Below are positions 38,149-50,915 of a stretch of DNA of 64,000 nt, piece by piece (within the stretch, counting starts at the first letter, position 1; each line of letters begins with the position of its first letter). The stretch is from Octopus vulgaris. Lineage: Eukaryota. The stretch spans positions 1,860,001-1,924,000 of the forward strand of contig OX597815.1 of the NCBI GenBank assembly GCA_951406725.2. Reading direction: 5' to 3'. The notes beneath the pieces were generated by a model. The model saw only the letters and a program-made list of their open reading frames with translations. It had not been told where the DNA came from and did not search any database. The position numbers and the translations under genes were made by a program.

Positions 38149-39614
38149 TAATTCTATTAAGGTTTTCATGTAAACTTTACATCACGTAAAGGTTCATTTT
38201 GTTATCAGAAAAACCTTTCATTCTGCAAGTTGTTCACGTAGGGAATCATTCATAAAAGGGCACCCCACTGTATATAGATCATCAACATCATCATTTGATG
38301 CCTGTTTTCCACGCTGGTCTGGGTTGGATGACTTCACAGGAGCTGTATGAGGCTCCGTTGTCAGTTCTGGTATGACTTCTATGGCTGGATGCCCTTCCTA
38401 ATGCCAAAGTGGTTGGTGTTAGGAAAGTAGATGCTGTGTCAGTGTTTGTCCCCTCCACCACTGTCTGACAATTGGTGTTGGCTTATTTATGTCCCTGTAA
38501 CTAAGCAGTTCAGCAAAAATGACTGATAGAACAAGTACCAGGCTTTAAAAAAAGTGTTGGGGCTGATTTATTCAACTAAAGGCTCTTCAAAGTGGTGCCC
38601 CAGCATGGCCATTATCTCATGACTGAAACAAGTAAAAGATAAAAGATAGATAGCAAAATAACCAAATCCAACTATCTCTTTCTCTCTCTCTCACACACAC
38701 ACACACATCTCCAGAGATTCCCAGAGTTCACTTTTATGTTCTGTCAGATAATAGCATATGTTGGAATGACAAAAGCTGTTTTTCTCCAACTTCACACACA
38801 CACACACACACACACACGTGTGAGTGTGTAGAAAAATACCAAATAACTGTAAATTGCTTTTTTGAACATATAGCTATTTATTTTATGACTCTATTTTTAT
38901 GTAATTTCTAAACATATATAATGAAATAAATAAATAAAAAAAAAGATGCACAAAAACAAAAAAAAGCTGGTATTAAACTCACTAAGAGAGAAACAGGTGA
39001 AGTATTCAGATGGAAGCGAGATAAAATTTTGTAGTTTTAAAAACTTTAATGAGGAGATGACATCAAGAAGGTATTCCACATTAAAGCCATGATCTAACCA
39101 TAATTGAAAGCCAGGGAACACACAAAGCTATTTACTACGCAGAGAGAAGAAAGAATCAATTGATGTGCAACACGGCTCATTTTTTGGAAACGGAATATCT
39201 TTCATTTGACAAATTAAAACCGTGACTAGTTTTCATTACCCAGTTACAAAGCAGCCCACTTTCTCTCTGTACACAACAGCTTGTGTTGGATCTTTGCTTT
39301 ATGGGTTTGCCAGGCTGTATATATATCAATCCATACACACACGTGCATGCAACACGCACACAACATGCACACACATACAAAGAGGTTAGTGAAGGAGCAT
39401 AGCTTAGTGTATTCAGATAATGATTTTAAGGTCCTGATCTCAATTCCCAGTGGCACAGTGTGTCCTTGAGCAAGACACACTACGTGTTAATTTCAAGAGC
39501 ATGCTGTTCCACTGATTGGATCAACTGGAACACTCATCAGCTTAACTAATGAAGTGCCCGTTTACACACAGATTAATTATACATAGATACCTACACACAC
39601 TTATATCTATCCCC

Positions 39615-39762
39615 AGGTAAAATGCTTTGCGGTATTTTGTCCGCCGCTGCGTTCTGAGTTCAAATTCCGCCGAGGTCGACTTCACTTTTTATCTTTTCGG
39701 GGTCGATAAAATAAGTACCAGTTACGCACTAGGGTCGATGTAATCGACTTAATCCGTTTGTC
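39615..39762 (+). mobile_element. Family C SINE, partial, fused to a family A fragment
   Basis: Family C central domain present. Confidence 0.7.
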
Positions 39763-39843
39763 TGATGCCAGTCAATCGGCACTGGCATCAGCCACGTTCG
39801 GATGGTGCTTTTTACTTGCCACCGGCACAGGTATCACAGCTAC

Positions 39844-39880
<37 letters not shown>

Positions 39881-39883
39881 TAT

Positions 39884-40241
39884 ATAATAGAAATATTAAA
39901 ATTACTAAGTCTCTCTAAAAGAGAACACGGCAGCGTTCCTGGAAATTAATAGTTATCGCCATACTAATATGGCATTCTTATAAAAATAAGAATAAAGCTG
40001 TCCGCTTATTAGCTCCATGAGGCCATCGCCTTAAGTTAGCTATTTGATACACAAACTGTATCCATATAACCTTCGAACAAGGTTATATGGATACAGTTTG
40101 TGTATCAAATAGCTAACTTAAAGGCGATGGCCCTCATGGAGCTATAAGCGGCAGCTTTATATCTTATTTTTATATTAATAAGCTAACGGACAGCTTTATT
40201 CTTATTTTTATAAGAATGCCATATTAGTATGGCGATAACTA

Positions 40242-40246
<5 letters not shown>
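39884..40246. mobile_element. (TA)n-embedded fold-back element, ~300-bp palindrome
   Basis: 39945-40073 pairs with 40079-40246; loop CGAAC. Confidence 0.8.
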
Positions 40247-40276
<30 letters not shown>

Positions 40277-42077
40277 CTGTCCCACCCATGCCAGCTTGGA
40301 AGGTAGACATTAAATGATGATGATGTACATTTTAGTATTAATAAACCTATACAAACACACAATTATAGATGTATAGTGATGGAAAATGATATTATTCTAT
40401 TCTTCCTCATACCAACTACGATAACACAAGCAGTGGTTGCAGCAAAGGAAGTGACTGTCAGCAATATATAACCAATTCCACGTTCTAGTCATCCATAGAA
40501 GAGAATGAGAAGACAAAGAGGGAATTCCATTTTGTGGGGAATTAAAGTTGGTTTTCCATAACTGAACTTATTAATAAAAAAAAGCTGACATCTTGATAAA
40601 AATATATAAAAATTACAATCTTTAAGAATTTTCTAGACAGTGTAGTCTTTAATAATTGTTTTCTTTTAGTAAAAGTTACATGCTCCAAACTAATTAATAA
40701 GCAGCTTTATATATGGGGGAGGGGGGAGTGTGTGTGTGTGTGTGTGTAGATGTTAGAGAGATTGTGAATGAATGTAATTCGGTAAAAGCATGTTTGCCTG
40801 ACTAACTGACCTTCCACCCCACTCTTTCCGCTAGCTACTTACTCTTATTTCTAGCATCATCTATCTCTAAACTAATACTCACACGCATTGTGTTTGAATA
40901 ATTTCTTCCATCTTGAAATAATCGCCCCCCACCCCGCCCCACCTCCACCCCCTGCTCAGCTTGTTGTATCAATAAATATATAATGAATGGTGTCTCCTCC
41001 ATCAACACAAGATTATGAATTCCATTTTACCAAATTGCCACAAGAAAACCCAAGAACTGACTTGATAATCCATTTTGAAAAGCTCAAAGCCAAATCTGCC
41101 TTTGTGAATGAGGAGAGCTTTAGGGGAAAGTTAATTTACAAAATATTTAATGAGACGGGTGGGGGAGGGGATAGAGAGAGGGTTGGGGTTATGAGGGGGC
41201 ATACTGAAGGTGCAGGGAGAGGTTCTTGTAGAAATGAAGGGAAAGAGGGGGAGGAAAAGGGAAAGGTGGTGGTGGTGATGATACAGATGAGGATGAGAAT
41301 AAAGAGATATAGTGACAGGTGGGGAGGGGGGGACAGTATAGAAAAGAAGGAGGAAAGGTGAATTGGAGAAAGTTTTTTTTTCATATTCTTAAAGAAAAAC
41401 AGAAAAATTCTCCTTAACTTGCAACAACAACAACTGTCGTAAATAGAAACTAGAAACAGTTGTGAGTGAGAAGTTACAGGTGTGATTAATAATCTCTGAT
41501 GAAATTAGGGCTGTTAACGAGGTCATTTAATATTTATGTTTGTTTAAAGTTGATTTTTTTTTTTTTTTATCTCAATATGTTGAAGAATGGTGAAGAGGCA
41601 GCATTCAAGAGGCTGTCACCTGTTATTTGTGAAAGACTGAGAGAGAAAGAAAGAAAATGGTTTTCCACTCGATGCCGAGGAATACGAATTACTTGGAAGC
41701 ATTTTAATCAATAATGAAGAGATGAAGCAAAACTGTAGAGTCTGTGAAAGTTGATGGAAATAAAATGAATTGGTAATTGTCGGCAATGAAGTAAGCCTCA
41801 AGAGAATCATTGATTTTAAGTAGGGAACATAGTAATTATTTAACTGCCAAAGTTCGTTAGAGTGGCGCTAAAAGGGAGAGGGTAGGTTTAAAGCATTACA
41901 TGTGTCAGAAGAGACACAAGAGTTCATTTATAAAGGGAATGTCTTTCTATATTCCAGAACACCATACCCCCCCCCCCAACACTTGCCATGAAAATTAAAT
42001 TAAACTGAAGCAGCAGATATTATCTGCTTAGGTACACAGACAGAACAATTGAGACACAAAGGCTTGAAATCAAGTGA

Positions 42078-42301
42078 TTAACCCTTTTGTTACCATTATT
42101 TCTGTAGAAATACACTGCATCTGTTTTGAGTTTGAAAATAATGAAGAATTTAACAAAATTAATGTTATTTGGTTGGTGTTTGGGACAATAGTTAACATGA
42201 AGTTTTGATTGAAGGTTTCAATTGAAATCAATTTAAAACAGACAGTTTGATTCTTAGAACCAGAGGTGGTGGTCTTTGGCAAGTTAGTATCAAAAGGCTA
42301 A
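42078..42301. mobile_element. piggyBac-like TTAA MITE (family P2)
   Basis: TTAA|CCCTTTTGTTACC ... GTATCAAAAGGCTAA. Confidence 0.6.
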
Positions 42302-42334
<33 letters not shown>

Positions 42335-42335
<1 letters not shown>

Positions 42336-42538
42336 TCAAAATAAGCAACAAGTATATCTTGGGTAATTTGGTACAATCGTTTCATTCTACTTCATTTTGT
42401 ACCAAATTACCTAAGATATACTTGTTGCTTATTCAGATTATAATCACCCCTATGGATTGATATGGATAATACCATACAAAATTCTGGTGCTTGTGACTTA
42501 AGTACCATATTCATCTGAATCTAAATTTTGCTGAACTT
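42335..42538. mobile_element. (TA)n-embedded fold-back element, same family as 25184-25342
   Basis: Arms ~42340-42377 and 42397-42433, then a ~100-bp tail. Confidence 0.75.
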
Positions 42539-42563
42539 ATATATATATATATATATAATAAGA

Positions 42564-42716
42564 TACAAACTGGGGCAAGAACGCAAAACATCTGGACAAC
42601 TAGGTGATACAAAAAGGGACAACAAAACATCCAAATAGACGATACAAAAAAACTAGGACGGGTCATTCGAAGCCTTTTATCTTCAGTCAAGAACCGGATT
42701 ATCTTCGCAATTTCAG
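42564..42716. mobile_element. Family F (TA)n-embedded repeat
   Basis: Homologous to 16096-16263. Confidence 0.75.
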
Positions 42717-42906
42717 ATATATATATATATATATATATAATTTTATTTGTTAGGGAATAAAGATTCCAGCATAACAGGGGTTCAAATTATTCTCAATGAG
42801 GAAATATATATTTTCATTTAGAGATAGTAGGCCCTTCATCTCACCATATAAAAGAAATTTAATTTAAATACTTACTACTTTATAACTTGGCTACACACAC
42901 ACACAC

Positions 42907-42945
<39 letters not shown>

Positions 42946-42953
42946 AGGGTAAG

Positions 42954-42989
<36 letters not shown>

Positions 42990-43831
42990 AATACTTATAA
43001 TAGTATTTTAGTGTTTGTCGTCAGACAATAGTGTGCATCTGACACCAACAATAACCGAAAAACACAGAGCAACTGAAATGGTACGAAAATGTCCCACACT
43101 TATTTCTCTTTCTTTCAGGAGATTGATAAAGAAACAAAAACAAAACAGAAGAAAAACCTCCTTACTTGTAACTAAATCCAATAAATATTTACCTCTGCCT
43201 GGAATAGTTGAAAGGAAATGTTTGAAGTTTATTGGAAGCAGTCTGCTGTTGTCAGATCAAACGACAATTATGACTGGTTAAGATAAAATGTTTGACACCA
43301 ATGTTGAAGAAGAAGTTTTCAACTTTGGAAAATAACATTAGCCACAAAAAGAAATCAATATCTCTCCATTAAAGAAGAGACCTGCTCAAAAGATAAGATC
43401 ATTTTGTCATTTAAACCATTAGAGAAACTCTCAACAATAGCTTTCTGGGTTTTTTTTTGCCTTTTTCCTGGTAAATAAATATTTTTATTCTTTACTTTTA
43501 CTGGTTTCAGTCAGCAGGCTGTGGCCATGCTGGGATGCAATAAAAATAACATTTTCGCGAATCAAAACTTCTAAACCAAACTCTGAATATATAAGTCGCA
43601 GTTCCGGTCTTTTATTTGTTTCTGTCATTAAACTGCAGCCATGTTGGGACACGACCCCTTGAAGGATTTTTGCTGGGTGAATTGACTCCAGAACTTCTTT
43701 TTAAAACCTGGTACTTACTGTATCAGTCTCATTTGCTGAGCCACGAAGTTATGGCGACATGAACACACCAATACCAGATGCCAAGCGGAGGCAGGAGACA
43801 AACACACACACACGCACACACACACACGCAC

Positions 43832-43865
<34 letters not shown>

Positions 43866-43867
<2 letters not shown>

Positions 43868-44342
43868 AAAATTATAAATTAGGGTATCTACGAGATACCA
43901 CCATGCTGAAAATAGCAGCCATGATCTGACTCTAAAACCACCTTAATTGTCCATATATATGTATGTATACATTCGTATATGTAAGTATTCGTATGTTGTA
44001 TTTATATATATATATATATATATATGTATTTATGTTTCTCTTCTGTGTGTATTCTACTGACGAGGCAAAGCATTCCTAAATGCAAAGTCAGAAATCCGGG
44101 ATCTAGAATTATCCAGTAATTTTTTACTAGTTTCATCTTGTCTCTTTGTTATCTCTCCGTGTTCATATATGGACAATTAAGGTGGTTTTAGAGTCAGATC
44201 ATGGCTGCTATTTTCAGCATGGTGGTATCTCGTAGATACCCTAATTTATAATTTTAATAATTATTACCTTTGAAGGTTACTTTTTCCATGCAGGCTACTT
44301 GATAAAATCGTTATTTTATTTTAAATTAACGATCTTATCCTT
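43866..44342 (+). mobile_element. Fold-back element with intact hammerhead, inside the central microsatellite of a family B SINE
   Basis: Identical 93-bp inverted arms 43866-43958 and 44165-44257; family B halves at ~43610-43810 and 44360-44520. Confidence 0.85.
44051..44109 (+). ncRNA. Type I hammerhead ribozyme
   Basis: Stem I ATTCTA/TAGAAT; CTGACGA; stem II GGC-aaa-GCATT(CCTA)AATGC-aaa-GTC plus extra A; GAAA; stem III TCC(G)GGA; AUC cleavage after 44103. Confidence 0.8.
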
Positions 44343-44715
44343 ATATATATACACACATATACAAAGGGCTTCTTTCAGTTTCCGTTGACCAAATCCACTC
44401 ACAAGGTTTTGATCAACCTGAGATTATTGTAGAGGACACTTTCCCAATGTGCCATGCAGTGGGACTGAACTTGGAACCATGTGGTTGGGAAGCAAACTTC
44501 TTACCACACAGCCATGCCTGGGTGTATGCAGTCACGCCTGTCGTTTAAGTTCATAAAAAATCAAATCCTCATTGATGTTTTCGAGTGTCTTTTCCTGAAT
44601 GGTAACACTCAGATGGATCATCAAAGTCCACCTCGGTTCTTAACTGAAGTTCTCCTCTCTTTGGTGTGTTGCTAAAAGTTAGCAAAGTGGGGAGAGTTTT
44701 GGCTGTTACACTGTC

Positions 44716-45155
44716 ACCATCATCATTTAGCATCCATTGTCCATGCTGGCATGGGTTGGACAGTTTGAACAGGACTGGTAAGCTGGAAGGTTGCACCAGA
44801 CTCCAATCTGATTTGGTATGGTTTCTACAGCTGGATGCCAACCACTCCGTAATGGGTGCTTCTACATGCCAGTGGCACAGGTGCCATTTGCGTGACACCG
44901 GTATTTGTCACAACTGAAATTTTACTTGGTTGGACGGTTTGACCGGGGTCTGGGAAGCCAGGAGGCTGCACCAGGCTCCAATCTGATCTGGCAGTGAACG
45001 CCAAAAACTCCGTGAGTGTAGTGAGTGCTTTTTACGTGCCAGGGGAGGCTGGCCACAGCCACAATCAGTTGATGCTTTTTACGTGCCACCAGCACAGAAG
45101 CCAGTCAAGGCGGAGCTGGCATCGGCCACGTTCGGATGGTGCTTTTTACGTGCAC
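44716..45155 (-). mobile_element. Two adjacent family A copies
   Basis: Family A motifs twice in tandem. Confidence 0.75.
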
Positions 45156-46002
45156 CAGACTTTGTAAAATAAAAAGTACCGGGCTCCATTCCTTTGACTA
45201 AAAATTCTTCAAGGTGGTGCCCCAGCATGGTCGCTGTCTAATGACTGAAACAAGTAAAAGATAAAAGAGACAAATTGAACATCCCCCTTTTATGGTAATA
45301 ATAAATTCCTATTTACTGAACCAGCGAACCTTTCAGGAAGCCGTAAATGAAAGGAAATTCTGCTGAGTGTTTCTACAATAAATCTGCCCCAACACCATTC
45401 CGTATATTATTTGCTGCTCCTTCTAAAAACCCAAACACTCATTATTCAAAGAGCAAAAAACTGTCAGCAAGTGGTTTTCTTTCTAGCATGAGGAAATATT
45501 TCCCACAGAGCAACCCAGGCATGACATGAAAACATTTCCATAATCTACATTTTATATGCAATCCACAGTAAATAAAACCTTGTGTTGTTTATTACGATTC
45601 ATGTAAATTTTAGGGAAATGTTATCCAAGGGTTAGAGATTAAAGAGAGACACAAACAAACATGAAAGACCTTTCAATAAACATGCAACTTCTCTATGTTA
45701 TTTGTTTATCAAGTTTGTTCCTTGTATTTCTGTTACAGCAGCATCCATCTAAATACTATTGCAGTTGTTGGCTACGGTATTTAGCAACCTGACATTATGG
45801 TTCTTGTGAATGTTTGGCTGTTTTTGTGTTGGCTTTCCAGATGACATTCACTTAGACTACACACTGCCAGGAATTCTACAGTAATGGCTTGTGAAGGATT
45901 TGCATGGAGAATGAATGTAGAGGCATCAAATAAAAGCGGTTCCACAATTTGATATACACCAAATATAATCACAAACACTTTGATAATCCGACAAATGTGT
46001 GT

Positions 46003-46545
46003 AGGTATGGTGGCTGTGTGGTAAGAAGCTTGCTTCCCAACCACAAGGTTCCAGGTTCAGTCCCAATGCATGGCAACTTGGGCAAGAGTCTTCTACTATA
46101 GCCTTGGACTGACCAAAGTCTTGTGAGTGGATTTGGTAGATGGAAACTGAAAGAAGCCTGTCATATATATATGTGTGTATATATATATATCATCATCATC
46201 CTCGTTTAACATCCACTTTCCATGCTGGCATGTGTTGGACAGTTTGAGTGAGGGCTGGTGAGCCAGAAGGCTGCACCAGTCTCAATCTGATCTGGCAGTG
46301 TTTCTACAGCTGGATGCCCTTCCTAACGCCAACCACTCCGTGAGGGTAGTGGGTGCTTTTACGTGCCAGTCAGGTACTGGCAACGACCTCGCTCGAATCT
46401 TTTTCCAGATGCCACTGGCACAGGTGCCAGTAAGGCGATCTGGCTTTAAAAAAAAATGCATAAGGTGGGTGTTAGTTCATGTGATTAAAAATTCAAGATG
46501 GTGCCCCAGCATGGCCACGGTCTAACAAGTAAAACAAACAAAAGG
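46003..46545 (+). mobile_element. Family B SINE with nested minus-strand family A copy (46191-46440)
   Basis: B head 46003-46175, B tail 46440-46545. Confidence 0.75.
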
Positions 46546-46859
46546 TGAAATATAATCATATACCCATTTTATAATCCAGTAAATAAACGTAGAAAAGAGA
46601 AAGGAACGTAGAAGAAAAGAGACAATGAGACGTAAAATGTGAAACGGACATGAACGACGAGAAGAGAAAGAAGAGTGGGAAAGACTGCAGCGTTTTTCCC
46701 ACCGTTTCTTTGGTGTTTGTTTGGTTTTGCGATCGTCGATTGAATGAAAGGAAAGAAGGAAAGAAGGAGAACATGTTGAACAAATTAATGACAGAACGGA
46801 GTGAATAGAAAAAGCCTGGGAATTTAACGAGATTTACCACAATAAAACAGAACAGTACT

Positions 46860-47262
46860 GTAGTAGTAGTAGCAGCAGCAGCAGTGATGGTGGCAGTGGT
46901 AGTAGTAGTAGTAGTAGTAGTAATAGTGTTGGTGGCAGCAGTAGTTGTAGTAGTAGTAGTGATGGTGGTTGTAGTAGTAATAGTAGTAGCAGCAGCAGTG
47001 ATGGTGGCAGTGGTTGTAGTAGTAGTAGTAGTAGTAGTAGTAATAGTGTTGGTGGTAGTAGTAGTTGTAGTAGTAGTAGTGATGGTTGTGGTGATAGAAG
47101 TAGTAGTAGTGATGGTGGTTATAGTAGTAACAGTAGTGATGGTGGTGGTGGTGGTAGTAGAAGTAATAGTAGTGATGGTGGTGGTGTTGATAGAAGTAGT
47201 AGTAGTAGTGATGGTGGTTAGTAGTAGAGGTAGTAGTACCAGCAGTAGTAGAAGTAGTAGTA
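46860..47262. repeat. Degenerate (GTA/GTG/GCA)n trinucleotide array
   Basis: Produces the poly-V and poly-T ORFs. Confidence 0.9.
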
Positions 47263-47684
47263 GCTTAGGGTATAAGCAGAGTGGAGGGGAGTTGGAGTTG
47301 TAGTAAGAAGTGCAATGAACAGAATGCAGACGTTTCTTTTTACTCTTTTCATTTTTTTTTTTTTTCATTTTTTTCAGCTGAAGAAGAAACCTGCAAAAGA
47401 AGTTGATAGAATTTCGAAGATCTCCAGAACAGAAATTTATTCACATCATCATCATCATCGTCATCATCGTTTAGCGTCCGTTTTCCATGCTAGCATGGGT
47501 CGTTTTAACTATTTGTTTTCATTGCACCAATAATAGAAAAGCAGAGTAAAAGAACCGCCACAGAATGTAAGAGGAAAAGAAAATTTGGATGATGGTGAGT
47601 GTCGTTGAAAGAAAAGATACGGAACCATGAATAAATGGAGGAAATCTGTGAGATGAAAGACTGCCAAAAATGTTAATTGAGTTA

Positions 47685-47689
<5 letters not shown>

Positions 47690-47749
<60 letters not shown>
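47690..47749. repeat. (GA)n microsatellite
   Basis: Tandem run. Confidence 0.95.
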
Positions 47750-47754
<5 letters not shown>

Positions 47755-48373
47755 GGCACCAATGGAGGGATGAGGGAGAAGAGGATCTTGTTCCAAATAT
47801 TTGTTATTGTCAGTGAAGAGAATTGGTAAAGGAACTTTGGAGATTTAAATAGAATCCTCCAGAGGAATTTGGGGAAACCTTGATACTTTTTCTGAGCAAA
47901 AGGTGGATTAAGTAATGTGAATGACAACAACAACAACAACATTACCTTGAACAAGTTGAGTTCAGAACTAGCAGAGGGCTTTATGAAGAGAATACTTTAA
48001 TAAACAAAACTCTGAAACTGTATAATTCTCCATTCTTCGTTATGATGTCTTAATTACATATTCTGTATGAAATCTAATGAAGTGAACTCTAGGTTCACCT
48101 GTCAAGTGAAATCCCATTTAATTGTTTATCTTTAACGGTTTTGAATGTTCCCTGACATTACATATGGTTAGCCAGATCTGGATTGTATCAGAGGGCTCAT
48201 AAGATACCTGCCCGGATTTCAAATCCTTATTCCTTTATGTTTTATACATCATCATCATCATCCTCTTTTAATGTCTGTTCTCTGGTTTTCCATGCTGGCA
48301 TGAGTTGGATTGTTTGGCAGTAAGTGACAGGGATACATTGTATACCATATATATACATATATATATTGTGTGT

Positions 48374-48612
48374 GTGGCATGTAAAAAACACCATTTGAGC
48401 GTGGTCATTGCCGGTACTGCCAGATTGGCCTGCATGCTGGTGGCATGTAAAAGCATCCACTACACTCTCGGAGTGGTTGGCGTTAGGAAGGGCATCCAGC
48501 TGTAGAAACTCTGCCAGATCAGAATGGAGCCTGGTGCAGCCTCTGGCTTGCCAGCCCTCAGTCAAACCGTCCAACCCATGCCAGCATGGAAAGCAGACGT
48601 TAAACGTTGATG
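48374..48612 (+). mobile_element. Family A copy
   Basis: Family A motif and tail. Confidence 0.85.
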
Positions 48613-48747
48613 AAATATATGGATTGCTCTCCTCTCCGGCTCTTTTTCTTCTTTCTCCTAACTGGGGGTAGCCATGAAGCTCCTTTATTACAAAACATCA
48701 GTTTCTGTCTCATATTCTAACTTCTCATCCCCTGGCATGAAGCTACA

Positions 48748-48940
48748 TCAGCAAAGCTAATTCAGTGTCAACTTGTCTCACCTAACGATGTTATTTTCTG
48801 CCAGCATGTTATGACTTTCAAGTCATTTCTTTTTTTGTTTTTCTTTTTGAGAAGACCAAAAATGGCTTGAAAGTCCTAACATGCTGGCGGGAAATAACAT
48901 CATTAGGTGAGACAAGCTGACACTGAATTAGCTTTGCTGA
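48748..48940. repeat. Inverted repeat, ~81-bp arms
   Basis: 48748-48828 pairs with 48860-48940. Confidence 0.85.
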
Positions 48941-50443
48941 CTGACAGGTATCATTTAGAGAATGCGTGGGCTGAGACTACGTGCCTTCATTGGTCAGTTA
49001 AAGTTGAGACAGTATCATGTGACAACTTGCTGGGGCTGCCTGCTGGAGCCTAGCGGCAGGTATTTAAAGGGAAAAAATTTGACAAGTCAGTCAGTCACCG
49101 GCTGACACTCCTTGATGCTACATCAAAGAGGCCAGGGAACAGAAGAAAGAATAAGAAACAAGACATGCACCAAACAGCAGAGCTGAAGACACCTCTGAAA
49201 GGGGGGGCCCCACCATGTCAAAACGGTAACAGAGTAGGGGCCGAAACTGGACGTGGTTCCTCCTGATGATGTCTTGAGCTAACTGGATCCTATAAAGGAG
49301 CTGTTGCAATAGCAGACCACGAAATACAGTTGAAATTCCTCCCTAACTTCTCATCCCTCAATTCCCCACTCTCCTCCCCACTCAATTAAGGTCTTCTCTT
49401 GCAAGGTACTTGGTGAGCTTGACGGTGACAAAAAAACACCTGACACACTCTGTAAAATGGTTGGTGTTAGAAAGGGCAGACATTAAAAAGCCTGATACAG
49501 TCTCATGGCTTGCCAGTTTCTGTCAAAGCATCCAATCCATGCCAGCATGGAAAGCCTTCGTTAAATGATGATAATGATGATTGCTATTGAGTAGCAAGGA
49601 ACCCATGCCCACCACTAAAATTTCAACTCAGAACATTAAGAGAAACAACGAAATAGCAATCGTCATACAATGACCTCATTCTAATAACAGCAGAAGAATT
49701 CCATCCTAGAAACTGCCTTTCCTTGCTTAATTGCTCCATGAGTTTCATTTAAGAGCTAAACCATGGAGCACTTCATTCTAAACACAGGATTTTATTATAG
49801 AAACACATACTTTTATTATTATCATTGTTTTTTCTTTTTTTTTTTCACAGTTTCAATCTTATCTGAAAGTCTACCAGACTCCGAACAGAAGAACGTCTGT
49901 GACAGTAATTGCTCACATTTTTGGATTTATTCCATCTGCTGAATTCGCTATGGTTAACATATTCTATTTTATTTAATTTAGACTTGTTTTTTTTTTTTTC
50001 TTTCTGAATCAATAATAAATAAATAAATAAAAATGCAATGGTTAGGATTAAACTATAAAAATAACCCCAAATATCTTTTCACATAACTTTAAGATAAAAT
50101 AACTGGAAATAATTTTGGATTACAAGATAAAATAAATTGAGTGGGAACACCAGAAACTTGGTAATTATAATAACGAGAAAGATTTGGTTTTAAACTGCAA
50201 CTTGTTAATACAGATAAATAAAGCACTTTTTGGGTTTGTTTTCTTAAATAAGAGCTGAGGAGAGTGAACGAAATGGGGAAAGCAGGATATCACGGTGATA
50301 AAGAGCTGTGATTGTGAAAGAAGACGTATTCAGTAAGGATGCAGAAAAGGAACCGAGTGAAACAATAGCATCAGTGTTGTTAACGAGATTTCCGAGTTAA
50401 TCAGTATCCGAAGTGTTTCAGCTAGAATGATAAGACTTGTGAA

Positions 50444-50818
50444 ACATCATCATCATCGTTTAACATCCGTTTTCCATGCCAATATGGGTTGGACGGTTCG
50501 ACCGGGGTCTGGGAAGCCAGGAGGCTGCACCAGGCTTCAGTCTGATCTGGCAGTATTTCTACAGCTGGATGCCCTTCCTAACGCCAACCACTCCGTGAGT
50601 GTAGTGGGTGCTTTTTACGTGCCACCAGTACAGGTGCCAGGGGAGGCTGGCAACGACCACGATCAGTTGGTGCTTTCTACGTGCCACCGGCTCAGATGCC
50701 AGGGGAGGCTGGCAATGGCCATGATCAGTTGGTGGTTTTTACATGCCACCGACACGGAAGCTAGTCACGGCAGCACTGGCATCGGCCACATACGAATGGT
50801 GTTTTTTAGGTGCCAGGG
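50444..50818 (-). mobile_element. Family A copy
   Basis: Family A motif and units. Confidence 0.85.
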
Positions 50819-50915
50819 TAGGAACGAGGTTACTTATTCTCAAACAGCCAGGATGTCAGGATGTGCAGCAAATTCGAAATTTGAAATGGAGTAATTTTTC
50901 AAAGCAATTTTTCAC

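Noticed and set aside
46556-47368. 270-aa Thr-rich ORF and the opposite poly-Val ORF
   Set aside because: Read-through of a (GTA/GTG)n microsatellite; no domain or splice context.
43095-49960. Isolated plus-strand acceptor motifs (~43119, ~47377, ~49850)
   Set aside because: No convincing donor or recognisable reading frame; common by chance in T-rich DNA.
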